The notes: generated by a model not told the origin, from the sequence alone. Positions 1 through 8,966 are shown, counted from the stretch's first letter. The stretch is DNA of 64,000 nucleotides from an uncultured Gemmatimonadales bacterium (GCA_963828735.1 CAWHFW010000004.1:96001-160000), one strand, 5' to 3'. Numbers and translations are program-made.

Positions 1-387
1 CGGACCCCCTCCGCCGCGATCATCGCCGAGTCTGCGTGGGCCATCGTCCTCACCCTCACCGGCACGTTCGCGCAGCTGGTGGACTACGTCTCCTTTGGTG
101 ACTGGATCTTCTTCGGCCTCACGGTGGCCGGGCTGTCTCGCCTGCGCGGCGCCGATCGGCGCGGCGGCGAGGGGCCCGGTGGGCCTGGCGGCCCTCTGGT
201 TCCGTGGTATCCATGGACCCCCGCGCTCTTCGTCGCGGCGTCGATGCTCGTCGTCGTCAGCTCGATCCGCGAGAGTCCACGCAACGCCGCGATCGGGACG
301 GCACTCCTGCTCCTCGGCGTGCCCGCGTATTTCTGGTGGAACCGACCCGGGGCGCCGGTGGCCCGCGGGGCGGGGACCTCGGCATGA
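1..387 (+). CDS. APC-family amino acid permease, C-terminal part (truncated by window start)
   Basis: Frame 1 open from base 1: RTPSAAIIAESAWAIVLTLTGTFAQLVDYVSFGDWIFFGL...PWYPWTPALF...LLLLGVPAYFWW, a typical APC C-terminus. Confidence 0.85.
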   Translation, partial: RTPSAAIIAESAWAIVLTLTGTFAQLVDYVSFGDWIFFGLTVAGLSRLRGADRRGGEGPGGPGGPLVPWYPWTPALFVAASMLVVVSSIRESPRNAAIGTALLLLGVPAYFWWNRPGAPVARGAGTSA

Positions 388-872
388 CTCGGGCGTACGT
401 TCCGGCGATGCTGCTGGCCTCGGCGTGCGCAGGGCACCACGTTTCTCCGCCGTCCCCGGCGCCAGCGGTCCATTTCCAGGTGCTCGGCAACGCCAGCCCG
501 GCGGACACGGGCGCTCCTACATTGCGCATCGACAGCCAGGTGATCACCATCCGCGGAATCGGCGTCCAGGCCGAGGGTGTTGGCCTCTACGGTGATGTGG
601 ACCTGTCGGACCCGCATACGGTCCGTCTCACGCTGTATGACTCGCTCTCGGGGCGGCCGGTGGCCGATCCGTTGCCACCCGTCCCGCCGTCGCACCTGCG
701 GCAGGTGCTTTACGAGGCGCGTATCGGCCCGCTGGCGCCGGGAGGCTATGATGTGTGGATCGGGCGGTTCGACGCGAGGGCGCGCATGGTGGAGGTGGCC
801 CACGAGCCACTGCACATCGAGGTGATGCCCATCGAGAAGCCGCATGGAGGAGCCGGGCCGGACTCGAGTTAG
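384..872 (+). CDS. Hypothetical lipoprotein
   Basis: ATGA overlap with upstream stop; MTRAYVPAMLLASAC is lipobox-like. Confidence 0.65.
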   Translation: MTRAYVPAMLLASACAGHHVSPPSPAPAVHFQVLGNASPADTGAPTLRIDSQVITIRGIGVQAEGVGLYGDVDLSDPHTVRLTLYDSLSGRPVADPLPPVPPSHLRQVLYEARIGPLAPGGYDVWIGRFDARARMVEVAHEPLHIEVMPIEKPHGGAGPDSS

Positions 873-1009
873 AGGCCTTGTTCTGTGAGTAATCGAAGCG
901 TTTGTAATACAAGTGCTTGCATGGTCAGTGTTGATGTATTTTGAGAGATGCTAATGGCCGGGGGATGATTCCCCCGGAGAATCTGCGTCACAGAAGGCTG
1001 GAGGTGCGC

Positions 1010-1309
1010 ATGCCATTGAGCAGGGAAGATGTCCGCGCCGCCATCGAGCGAGCCGGCGACGAGCATTGGCGCGCGCTGGTCAGCCATCACGAGGATGCCT
1101 ATCCGGCCAGCCGGCCCACCCCGGGTGAGGTGAGCCGCAGGGAGGCCGAGCGCCTCAACGGCGAGGGATACGGCGACGCATCGCGATGGGAACTGGTGGA
1201 CTCGCGGGTGCGGCGCGAAGGAGAGGATCGGGTGACCCTGGTACACCGCATTCGCGAGAAGTCGAGCGGCACCATCACCGAGACGGCTCCGTATACCAAC
1301 TATGAGTAG
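1010..1309 (+). CDS. Hypothetical protein (99 aa)
   Basis: GGAGG RBS before ATG 1010; overlaps next gene. Confidence 0.65.
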   Translation: MPLSREDVRAAIERAGDEHWRALVSHHEDAYPASRPTPGEVSRREAERLNGEGYGDASRWELVDSRVRREGEDRVTLVHRIREKSSGTITETAPYTNYE

Positions 1310-3098
1310 GCACACGACCGGGGCCGCGGTCGCCGCGGCCTGGGGCCTCCGGGCCCACCGCGGCACCTCGGCGCTGCTCTCTCTGGTGGTGACGCTCGCC
1401 GTCGCCGCCGCGGTCCCCGCCGTCTCGTTCGGCGCAGGTTGGGCCCCGACGCTTCATCTGCCCTGGATCGTCGAACCGGAAGCGACCGGGTTGGCCTTCG
1501 CGCGGACACCGGCGTGGCTTCGCCACGAAGAAGCGCGACTGCTCTTCGCCGCGTTTTTCGGCGCCTCCGCGGCCACCTTCGCCGTTGGAGCGCTGGGCGT
1601 GGTGCTGCTGTGGGGGGCCCGAAGCGGCGAGCGCGCCGGTGAGATGGTCATCCGGCAAGCGGTCGGTGCCTCGCGACGAGCGCTATTCGGAGCAGCGATC
1701 CTGGAAGGCGCCGCGGTCGCGGCCGCGGCGCTCGCACTGGGGCTGCCCGCGGGTCTCGTGCTCGCACGCGGCGCGGCGGCCGCCTGGCCGGGCACAGGCA
1801 TGACGACCGGGCCGACGCCGATCTCGCTGCTCGCACTGGCCACTGCGTTGATCGTCCTTGCGGGTGCCGCCCTGGCGTTCGTGTTCGCGCCGCGGCGCCG
1901 GCTCACCGACGCTGAATCGCGGCCCCTCGGCCTCGCGATTCCATGCGTGCAGCTCGGCCTCGCGTTGGTCATCCTCGTGGGCGGAGCGCTGATGTCGCGG
2001 ACCACAAGCCTTGCGGCCCGGACGGCTGCGGGGGGTGGCGGAACGGTGTACCGCGGTACGGCCGCGAGCGCGAGCGCGGCCGCCCGCGCGACCGATTATA
2101 CGGCCCTCCTCGAGGCGGTGCGGACCGGTGGGGCGTACGACACCGTGAGCCTTACGGGCAGCGGCTCGGTCGTGGGCCTCGGCACGGTGGGCATCATTAC
2201 GACCGACTGTGGCCTCTGTCGTTTCGGCGGACTAATGGTGCCTCAGCACAGCGTTCCCGCGGCACAGCAGTTCGTGAGCGCGGACTCGTTCCAGGCACTC
2301 GGCGTGCGGCTCGTAGCGGGGCGGGGCATCACCGACGCGGACGACTGGCACGCCGGGCGGGTGGTCGTGGTGAGTCGAGCGCTCGCGAGCCTCCATTTTC
2401 AGAACGGCGAGGCGATCGGGCGGCGGCTCCTGCTGGCCGATGATCCAAGGACGTGGTACACGGTCGTCGGCGTCGTGGATACGCCGCCGGCGGTCGGACT
2501 CGGCGCGACGCTGCTCCCGACGTTTACGGTGTACGCCAGCGTGCTCCAGCACCCGCCGCGCGCGGTCGAGTTGCTGGTACGTGCGCGTCAGGGTGTCTCC
2601 ATCTCGCGGGCCGACGGGGCCCGGGTAGCGCGCGCGCTCGGCCTCGCCGCCGGCGGAGTCGAGCGTACGACTGAAGCGGCCCTCGTGGCCGGCGAGCGGG
2701 CTCCGGTTGCCTGGTTCGCCCGCCTGTTCGCCGTCGAAGGCTGGATCACGCTGCTCCTGGCGGTGCTGGGGACGGTGGTCCAGGTGAGCCTGTGGGTCCG
2801 GTCGCTCCGAGCGGAGCTCGGCCTGCGGCGCGCGCTGGGCGCGGCGCGCGGTCGTATTTTCCGCTTGGTGCTGTCACGGGCGGCGCTCGTGGGGGCCGGG
2901 GGCATCGTCGTGGGCCTGTGTCTCGGTCCCGCCGTGTGGGGCGCGCTCGGAACCGTCGTAGGCGGGCTGCCCGCCTGGGATTGGGAGCTCGTGGGCGGCT
3001 ACGGCGCCCTGCTGGTGGCCTCGAGCACGCTCGCCGCCGTGTGGCCTGCGTGGCGCGCGGTGCGCCGACCGCCGGCCGCCCTCCTTGCGTCCGCCTAG
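1302..3098 (+). CDS. MacB/FtsX-family (ADOP-like) ABC permease
   Basis: Two FtsX motifs (EMVIRQAVGA, ELGLRRALGA); periplasmic VSADSFQALGVRLVAGRGI; C-terminal PAWRAVR. Confidence 0.85.
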   Translation: MSRHTTGAAVAAAWGLRAHRGTSALLSLVVTLAVAAAVPAVSFGAGWAPTLHLPWIVEPEATGLAFARTPAWLRHEEARLLFAAFFGASAATFAVGALGVVLLWGARSGERAGEMVIRQAVGASRRALFGAAILEGAAVAAAALALGLPAGLVLARGAAAAWPGTGMTTGPTPISLLALATALIVLAGAALAFVFAPRRRLTDAESRPLGLAIPCVQLGLALVILVGGALMSRTTSLAARTAAGGGGTVYRGTAASASAAARATDYTALLEAVRTGGAYDTVSLTGSGSVVGLGTVGIITTDCGLCRFGGLMVPQHSVPAAQQFVSADSFQALGVRLVAGRGITDADDWHAGRVVVVSRALASLHFQNGEAIGRRLLLADDPRTWYTVVGVVDTPPAVGLGATLLPTFTVYASVLQHPPRAVELLVRARQGVSISRADGARVARALGLAAGGVERTTEAALVAGERAPVAWFARLFAVEGWITLLLAVLGTVVQVSLWVRSLRAELGLRRALGAARGRIFRLVLSRAALVGAGGIVVGLCLGPAVWGALGTVVGGLPAWDWELVGGYGALLVASSTLAAVWPAWRAVRRPPAALLASA

Positions 3099-3145
3099 CC
3101 GACGCGCACATTCAGCGCCGGCGCCAAACGGGAACCCGGTGTCCC

Positions 3146-3373
3146 ATGCCCCAACGCGAATCCCTTGGCCTGGCCGATCTCGAGCTCCTGACGATCCGGA
3201 TCGCGGAAGGTCTCGTGGAACCTCGACCCGGATGCGTCCTCGAAATCTCCACGTTCGTCTGGAACCGGAATTCCTTCGAGGCGCAACACCGCTTCGAGGA
3301 GGCGTGCGAGGCTCACGGCATTCCTTTCGTCGTGAAAGAACAGATCGGGGGAGTCGAGTGGGTGTGCTCCTGA
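3146..3373 (+). CDS. Hypothetical protein (75 aa)
   Basis: Protein-like composition (MPQRESLGLADLELL...); fills the gap between genes. Confidence 0.5.
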   Translation: MPQRESLGLADLELLTIRIAEGLVEPRPGCVLEISTFVWNRNSFEAQHRFEEACEAHGIPFVVKEQIGGVEWVCS

Positions 3374-3386
3374 CGGAAGTCTTCGG

Positions 3387-3806
3387 ATGACGGCGCAGCC
3401 GCCACACACGGCCGAGGAGGCCACGGCCAACGAGCTGCGGCGCGCCTCCGCGCGCCTCCTGTTCATGCTGCTGGCCCTCGCCCTGCTCGTAGTCCCGATC
3501 ATCCGGGACCTGCCGCTCGGGCACAGCACGCGCATCGGCATGCTCGCCTGGCTGCTCGTGGGACTCGCACTGTACTGGCTGTTTCAAGGCATGGGGTACC
3601 GTCCCCTGCTGCTCCTCCAACTGGTGCTGTTTTCCATTGCGGCCACCATGTTGAGCGCGAAGGTCCTCCTGGCGATCGTGGACGTCAATCAGGTGAACTT
3701 CCTCCGCTACGTGGCCCGGTGGCTGATCATGCTTGGAGCCCTGTGCGCCGGGGTGAACTTGCTCGGAATGCTCGTGGTCCTGGGCCAGCGCCGGCGCTCC
3801 AGCTGA
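3387..3806 (+). CDS. Hypothetical membrane protein
   Basis: About 4 hydrophobic segments. Confidence 0.7.
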   Translation: MTAQPPHTAEEATANELRRASARLLFMLLALALLVVPIIRDLPLGHSTRIGMLAWLLVGLALYWLFQGMGYRPLLLLQLVLFSIAATMLSAKVLLAIVDVNQVNFLRYVARWLIMLGALCAGVNLLGMLVVLGQRRRSS

Positions 3807-3810
3807 GGCA

Positions 3811-4032
3811 TCACCAACCGCGGACCCCGCGACCAGTCTTCTCCTGCAGCTCCTCGATCCGCTTCGACGCCTCCGCCTTCGTCAGCTTCTCGTCCACCGC
3901 CTCGCCTGCCTCTCCCGCCAGTGTGTGGAGGTAGGACGCCTGCGCGCCCGTCATGGGCTCGTCGCCCGTCGTCCATTCGTCCGGGTCCTTGATCGTGTTG
4001 GACCGCTGCGGGTCCCTTTCCTTGCTGGCCAT
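3811..4032 (-). CDS. DUF3072-type small protein
   Basis: KDPDEWTTGDEPMTGAQASYL...LTKAEASKRIEELQ signature; GGGGAG RBS. Confidence 0.85.
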   Translation of the reverse strand: MASKERDPQRSNTIKDPDEWTTGDEPMTGAQASYLHTLAGEAGEAVDEKLTKAEASKRIEELQEKTGRGVRGW

Positions 4033-4267
4033 GGCCGACTCCCCACTAGAACAAAGGCCGAAGTAGTTCGAAACCGCCCGAGACTCTAACAGGCAAGAAC
4101 CGTCCAGGAAGTGACTTGGATCACCATTCAGAAACACCTTTAAGGGTTGGCGGCTCGCCCTGCGACATCCACTCGGCAACGGGGGGAGGCGGCCCGGGGT
4201 CGCTTTTCCACGGGTTTCGCGTAGCCTTCTGTCGCTCACCCGCCTCCCTGCGCCATCGGAGCTCTCG

Positions 4268-4741
4268 ATGTCCGCTCGTCGATGCACCGCTGTTCTCCGA
4301 GTCCTGCTCACCGGCGTGGCGGTCGCGTGCGGTCGTCCCGGGTCGGAGGCGCGATCCGCCCCCACGGCCGAATACGTGCCCATGGCAGGAGCGGCCAATC
4401 TCCCGTTCTCCGCCCTCGTACGGGTCGGTCCCATGCTCTACCTCTCGGGGCAGCTCGGCACGGACAGCACCGGTCGGCTGGTGAGTGGCGGGATCGGTCC
4501 GGAGACCGCGCAGGCTCTGGCCAATATTCGGGCGGTGTTGGAGGCGAACGGGTCGGGGATGGATCGGGTCGTGAAGTGCACCGCCATGCTCGCGGATATC
4601 GCCGAGTGGGGCGCGATGAACCAGGAATACGTGCGCGCTTTCGCCAGCCATCGGCCGGCGCGAAGCGCCTTCGGCACGACCGGTCTCGCGCTGGGCGCAC
4701 GCGTCGAGCTCGAGTGCACCGCGTTGGCGGGGCGCGGTTGA
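4268..4741 (+). CDS. RidA/YjgF-family protein with N-terminal lipoprotein-like signal
   Basis: LPFS...LYLSGQLG...PARSAF...LALGARVELEC motifs. Confidence 0.9.
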   Translation: MSARRCTAVLRVLLTGVAVACGRPGSEARSAPTAEYVPMAGAANLPFSALVRVGPMLYLSGQLGTDSTGRLVSGGIGPETAQALANIRAVLEANGSGMDRVVKCTAMLADIAEWGAMNQEYVRAFASHRPARSAFGTTGLALGARVELECTALAGRG

Positions 4742-4822
4742 GCGCTCGCGGCGGTTCCTTGGATGGCGGGGACAGCCTAATTTGAGGCGTAGGCAGGTGC
4801 CACCCAGATCATCGAGGAGCGA

Positions 4823-5026
4823 ATGGCTACGAAACTGGACAAGACGATCAAGCGTGAGCTCGAGCTCGAGGGCAAGCTCTACACGGTCACGATGTCCCCC
4901 GAAGGCGTGAAGATCACGCCGAAGGGCGCGCGGAAGGGACAGGAAATGACCTGGGCCAGCCTGCTGGGCGGCGACGCCGAGCTGCGGCGAGACCTCAACG
5001 TCTCGGTGGACGCCTACCGCGAGTAG
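4823..5026 (+). CDS. Small hypothetical protein (67 aa)
   Basis: GAGGAG RBS; GC3-rich codons. Confidence 0.75.
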   Translation: MATKLDKTIKRELELEGKLYTVTMSPEGVKITPKGARKGQEMTWASLLGGDAELRRDLNVSVDAYRE

Positions 5027-5050
5027 GGCCGTCCGCGCGGCTGGGCGGCA

Positions 5051-5296
5051 TCAGGAGGCCAGGGGCGGAGTCGCGGCGATACGCCTCAGGAGGGGGTTTG
5101 GTGACCCACACCCGTTCCTGGGTCTCTTGAAGTTGGCAGCGACGCAGCGCGACTTCCTCCCGTAGGGCGAGCGTCTGCTCACCGATCTCGGATCGAGCCG
5201 CCCGCCCGCGATGCAGCTCGCGAGCCCCTTCTCCAGGCGGGAAGGGGCCCCAGCAGCACGACCCCCCCACTCGAAAGGCCGAGGGGGGCCCCAGGT
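5051..5296. ncRNA. Candidate structured non-coding element, family unassigned
   Basis: No credible ORF; tandem hairpins GACCCA/TGGGTC, GACGC/GCGTC, CGATC/GATCG, CGCGA/TCGCG, GCCCCTTC/GAAGGGGC, CCCCCC-CTCG/CGAG-GGGGG. Confidence 0.4.
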
Positions 5297-5323
5297 TTCA
5301 TCGTCGAACGCAAGGACGGCCCC

Positions 5324-6007
5324 ATGGCTGGCTTTATGGCCCGGAGGATCGGCTCCGTCGGTCTGCTGTTGGCCTGCCTCGCGTGTGCGCACCAGGCTGC
5401 ATCGACCTCGGTCCCTCCCTCGGGTACCGGCCGCACGATCACCCTCGGCGAGCTCCAGTCGAGCCTCTCCCACCAGCGCCCGTGCACCGTCGTGTTCGAC
5501 ATCGACGACACGACACTCTATACCGGCCTGGCCTTCCTGTTCGCCCAAGGGTATCTCGAGGAGCGCGACGCGGGGAAGTTCCGCGAGGACCGCGCCTTCT
5601 GGACCCTCATCAACGACAGTCTCGACGCTCGGTTCAGCAAGCCCAAGCGGATCGCGCAGCAGCTGATCGCGTTCCACCAGGCGCGCGGCGACACCATCGT
5701 GTTCGTCACCTCGCGCTACCCGAGCGAGCCCGCGAGCGACAAGACCAGCCTGCTCCTGCAGCGGCTCTTCGCGTTTCCCTCGCCGCCGAAGGTCCTCTTC
5801 ACGGCGCAGCAGCCCAAGACGGGGGCCATCCGGTCCGTGCACCCCGCGCTCTCGTACGGCGACTCGGACGGCGACATCGCGAACACCCACGAAGCCGATT
5901 CCTCGATTCGCGCGATCCGCATCATGCGGAGTCCCGTGAGCTACAATCTGGGCGCCGTGCTCCCGGGCAAGTATGGTGAAGAGATTCTCGCCAACTCGGC
6001 GGACTAG
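5324..6007 (+). CDS. HAD-superfamily class B acid phosphatase (AphA-like), lipoprotein-like N-terminus
   Basis: VVFDIDDT motif I, FVTSR motif II, YGDSDGDI, RAIRIMRS. Confidence 0.8.
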   Translation: MAGFMARRIGSVGLLLACLACAHQAASTSVPPSGTGRTITLGELQSSLSHQRPCTVVFDIDDTTLYTGLAFLFAQGYLEERDAGKFREDRAFWTLINDSLDARFSKPKRIAQQLIAFHQARGDTIVFVTSRYPSEPASDKTSLLLQRLFAFPSPPKVLFTAQQPKTGAIRSVHPALSYGDSDGDIANTHEADSSIRAIRIMRSPVSYNLGAVLPGKYGEEILANSAD

Positions 6008-6013
6008 CCCGGC

Positions 6014-7228
6014 GTGACGAGCGTCCGTTCGCTTCGGAAGGCCGTCCGGACGGCCGGGATCGTGACCGTGGCCGGCCTCGTCTCCGTGGGAGCCGCCAGC
6101 GCGCAGGGCCGGGCGCCCGACGGCTGGGGCGGGTTCATCGCGGCGTTCGACGCCTATGCAAAACAGGACGGAGTGGTCGGCGGGCGTGTGACCGTGCTAC
6201 GCGGCGGGCGGGTCCTCGCGGAGCATGCGTACGGCCTGGGCGATCGGGAGCGCGGGACGCCGCCGGATGCGCGCGGGATCTATCACTGGGCCTCGATCAC
6301 GAAGACCCTCACCGCGATCGCGATCATGCAGCTGCGTGACCGCGGCCTGCTCACGCTGGACGATCGCATCACGCGGTACCTTCCCGAGCTGCGACAGGTG
6401 CACGACAGCTACGGCTCCATGGACGACGTCACGCTCCGGATGCTGCTCTCACATTCTTCCGGCTTCCAGAATCCCACCTGGCCCTACGGTGAGGGGCGGT
6501 CGTGGGAACCGTTCGAGCCTACGCGTTGGGAGCAGCTGGTCGCGATGATGCCCTATCAGCAGCTTGCCTTTGCGCCGGGCTCCAGGTTCGGGTACAGCAA
6601 TCCCGCGTTCATCTACCTCGCCCGCGTGATCGAGGCTCTCACCGGCGATGAGTGGGCCGTGTACATCCAGAAGAACATCTGGACGCCGCTTGGCCTGACG
6701 CGGAGCTTCGTCGGCAGCTCGCCGTACCACCTGGCAAGCCTGCGGGCCGCGAGCTATACCGTCCACGACGACAGTGGGCGCGTCCACACCGAGCCGAACC
6801 CGCGGGAGTTCAATCCGGGTATCACGATCCCCAACAGCGGGTGGAATGCACCGATCGGCGATCTCGTGACCTATGTCGCCTTCCTCACGCACGCCGATGG
6901 CGGTGATTCCGCGGTCGCGCGGCGCTACGACGGCGTGCTGCGCCACGCGACGCTCGAGGAGATGTGGCGGCCGATCGTGCCGCTCACGGCGGGTGGCAGC
7001 CTCGACGAGGCCTTCGGTCTGTCGTTCTACCTCTACCGGCGGGGCGCCACGACGGTTGTGGGGCACACCGGCGAGCAATCCGGCTTCCGCGCTTTTGTCT
7101 ACTTCGATCCGCGCACGACGGTGGCGGTGGTCGGCGTGCTCAACACCACCAACGAGGCGCGACCCGAGGAGTCCAACAGAGGGTGGGATGTGCTGACCCA
7201 TCAGGCGGTCGCCATGGTGGCGCCGTGA
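6014..7228 (+). CDS. Serine hydrolase, beta-lactamase/AmpC family, exported
   Basis: WASITK (SxxK), LLSHSSG, YSN and GHTG motifs; signal peptide. Confidence 0.9.
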   Translation: MTSVRSLRKAVRTAGIVTVAGLVSVGAASAQGRAPDGWGGFIAAFDAYAKQDGVVGGRVTVLRGGRVLAEHAYGLGDRERGTPPDARGIYHWASITKTLTAIAIMQLRDRGLLTLDDRITRYLPELRQVHDSYGSMDDVTLRMLLSHSSGFQNPTWPYGEGRSWEPFEPTRWEQLVAMMPYQQLAFAPGSRFGYSNPAFIYLARVIEALTGDEWAVYIQKNIWTPLGLTRSFVGSSPYHLASLRAASYTVHDDSGRVHTEPNPREFNPGITIPNSGWNAPIGDLVTYVAFLTHADGGDSAVARRYDGVLRHATLEEMWRPIVPLTAGGSLDEAFGLSFYLYRRGATTVVGHTGEQSGFRAFVYFDPRTTVAVVGVLNTTNEARPEESNRGWDVLTHQAVAMVAP

Positions 7229-7722
7229 CGCGCGGTAAGAGCCGGCTCCCGCCGGACGACCCGCGGCAGCCGCGGCCCGACCGGCCGTCCTATGAGACCC
7301 CGGAGGCAGTGCTCGAGCTGCAGCCCGCCGAGCAGCCGGCCCCGGCTACGCCCGTGCGGCCCGGCCGTGTCCACCTGGTCGTCGTCGTGACCCGTGCCGT
7401 GACCGCCCGGGACAGCGCGCCCCCCGCTGCGACCCTCGTGGCCCGGTACTGGCATCCGTCGCTCCACCGCTGGAGCGAGGCCTCGTTCGAGTCGCTCGAG
7501 CACGCGATGCACCTGTTCGTCGATGAGAGCGGCTGGGTCCTGCGGCAGCAGCAGGCGCTCGAAGGCCCGCAGGCCTTCGAGCTGATCTTCGAAGCGCGCC
7601 GCGAGAATTTCAGCCGACCCAGTACGGAAGCGATGCTGCAGGACGTCGGCCTGACCCCGGAGGACGTCGCGGACATGATGGGACGTGTCGACCGCGAGAA
7701 CGGGCCCGCCGGCCCGCCCTGA
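7225..7722 (+). CDS. Hypothetical protein
   Basis: GTGA overlap with upstream stop; globular C-terminal half. Confidence 0.6.
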   Translation: MTRGKSRLPPDDPRQPRPDRPSYETPEAVLELQPAEQPAPATPVRPGRVHLVVVVTRAVTARDSAPPAATLVARYWHPSLHRWSEASFESLEHAMHLFVDESGWVLRQQQALEGPQAFELIFEARRENFSRPSTEAMLQDVGLTPEDVADMMGRVDRENGPAGPP

Positions 7723-7786
7723 CCCTCTGGTGGGAACCTTCGGACGCGGGTTCGCATTGGAGGCGTACCCTTTTCTGGAGCCCCTG

Positions 7787-8170
7787 GTGACGCACCAGCA
7801 TGCCGTGCACCTTCGCGTCCTCGGCCCGATTTGCCTCGCCGCCCTCGGAGGCATGATGGGTCCGTCGCCCGCCGGTGCCCAACACATGGCAGCGACACTG
7901 CCGAAGGCCTGGAACGCGCCCGCGCCGGCCATCTCGCGAGCCGTCCCGGACAGCGTCGTCTCGGCCCGGCGTGACTATCGCTGGTTCGGGACGATGGTCG
8001 GTGCCGTGGGCCTCGGGCTCGCGGCCGGGCTCGAGGCCCGGGCCGCATGCGGCAACTCCGAGAGCGGGCCGCGCGACTGCACCGGCGTCACCATCGGCGC
8101 CACTGGGCTCGGCGCGCTCGTGGGCGGCACGATCGGGCACTTTGTAGGACGCGCATTCAAGCGAGGCTAG
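7787..8170 (+). CDS. Hypothetical exported/membrane protein with glycine-zipper-like segments
   Basis: GGAG RBS; signal peptide; GxxxG-rich helices. Confidence 0.55.
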   Translation: MTHQHAVHLRVLGPICLAALGGMMGPSPAGAQHMAATLPKAWNAPAPAISRAVPDSVVSARRDYRWFGTMVGAVGLGLAAGLEARAACGNSESGPRDCTGVTIGATGLGALVGGTIGHFVGRAFKRG

Positions 8171-8173
8171 CGG

Positions 8174-8932
8174 CTGCCCAAGCCCTTCGCCGATCACTTC
8201 TCCGCCATCGCGTCGGCCTACGCCGCCGCTCGGCCGAGCTATCCGCCGGGCCTGTTCGCCTATTTGGCGGAGCTCGCGCCCGCGCGGCGGCTGGCGTGGG
8301 ATTGCGCCGCGGGAAACGGGCAGGCCACGCTACCGCTCGCCGAGTACTTCGCGGAGGTCGTCGGCACGGATGCGAGCGCCGCGCAGGTCGCGCAGATGCC
8401 GGCGCACCCGCGGGTGCGTCGCTACGCCGCGCCCGCCGATGCCGCAGGGCTCACGACCGCGTCCGTGGATCTCGTGACCGTCGCGCAGGCGTTGCACTGG
8501 CTGCCGCTCCCGGCGTTCTGGACCGAGGCCAGGCGCGTGCTCGTGGACGGCGGCCTCATCGCCGTGTGGTCCTATGGCATTCAGGAGCTGGACGACCCCG
8601 AGGCGGACCGGACGCTCCAGGCGTTCTACCACACGACGGTTGGCCCCTACTGGGCACCCGAGCGTCGCCTCGTGGAGACCGGCTATCGGACGGTCGAGTT
8701 TCCCTTCATGGAGCTCCCCGCGCCCACGTTCGACATGTCCGTGACCTGGACCCTGCCCGAGCTGCTCGCCTATGTCCGGACCTGGTCCGCGACGAACGCC
8801 TTCATCAAGGCGCGCGGCTTCGATCCAGTGGATGCCCTCGGCGAGAGCCTGGCGCCGCAATGGGGCGCCGGCAGCCATCCGGTCCGTTGGCCGCTCAGCC
8901 TTCGAGTGGGCAGGTCCAGTCGGGCCGGCTAA
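8174..8932 (+). CDS. Class I SAM-dependent methyltransferase (start uncertain, possibly CTG)
   Basis: FADHFS..ASAYAAARPSYP, WDCAAGNGQA, DLVTVAQALHW. Confidence 0.88.
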   Translation: MPKPFADHFSAIASAYAAARPSYPPGLFAYLAELAPARRLAWDCAAGNGQATLPLAEYFAEVVGTDASAAQVAQMPAHPRVRRYAAPADAAGLTTASVDLVTVAQALHWLPLPAFWTEARRVLVDGGLIAVWSYGIQELDDPEADRTLQAFYHTTVGPYWAPERRLVETGYRTVEFPFMELPAPTFDMSVTWTLPELLAYVRTWSATNAFIKARGFDPVDALGESLAPQWGAGSHPVRWPLSLRVGRSSRAG

Positions 8933-8966
8933 GTTTGGCCGCACACCGACCATGCCGGAGCGCATG

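Noticed and set aside
5051..5300. RNase P, tmRNA, SRP, 6S RNA or HDV-like ribozyme identity for the structured element
   Set aside because: Only superficial resemblance: minus-strand GAGGAAGTCG lacks the full RNase P P4 signature, there are no tmRNA ends or SRP loop motif, and the CCT-cccgt-AGG loop is shorter than the HDV L3.
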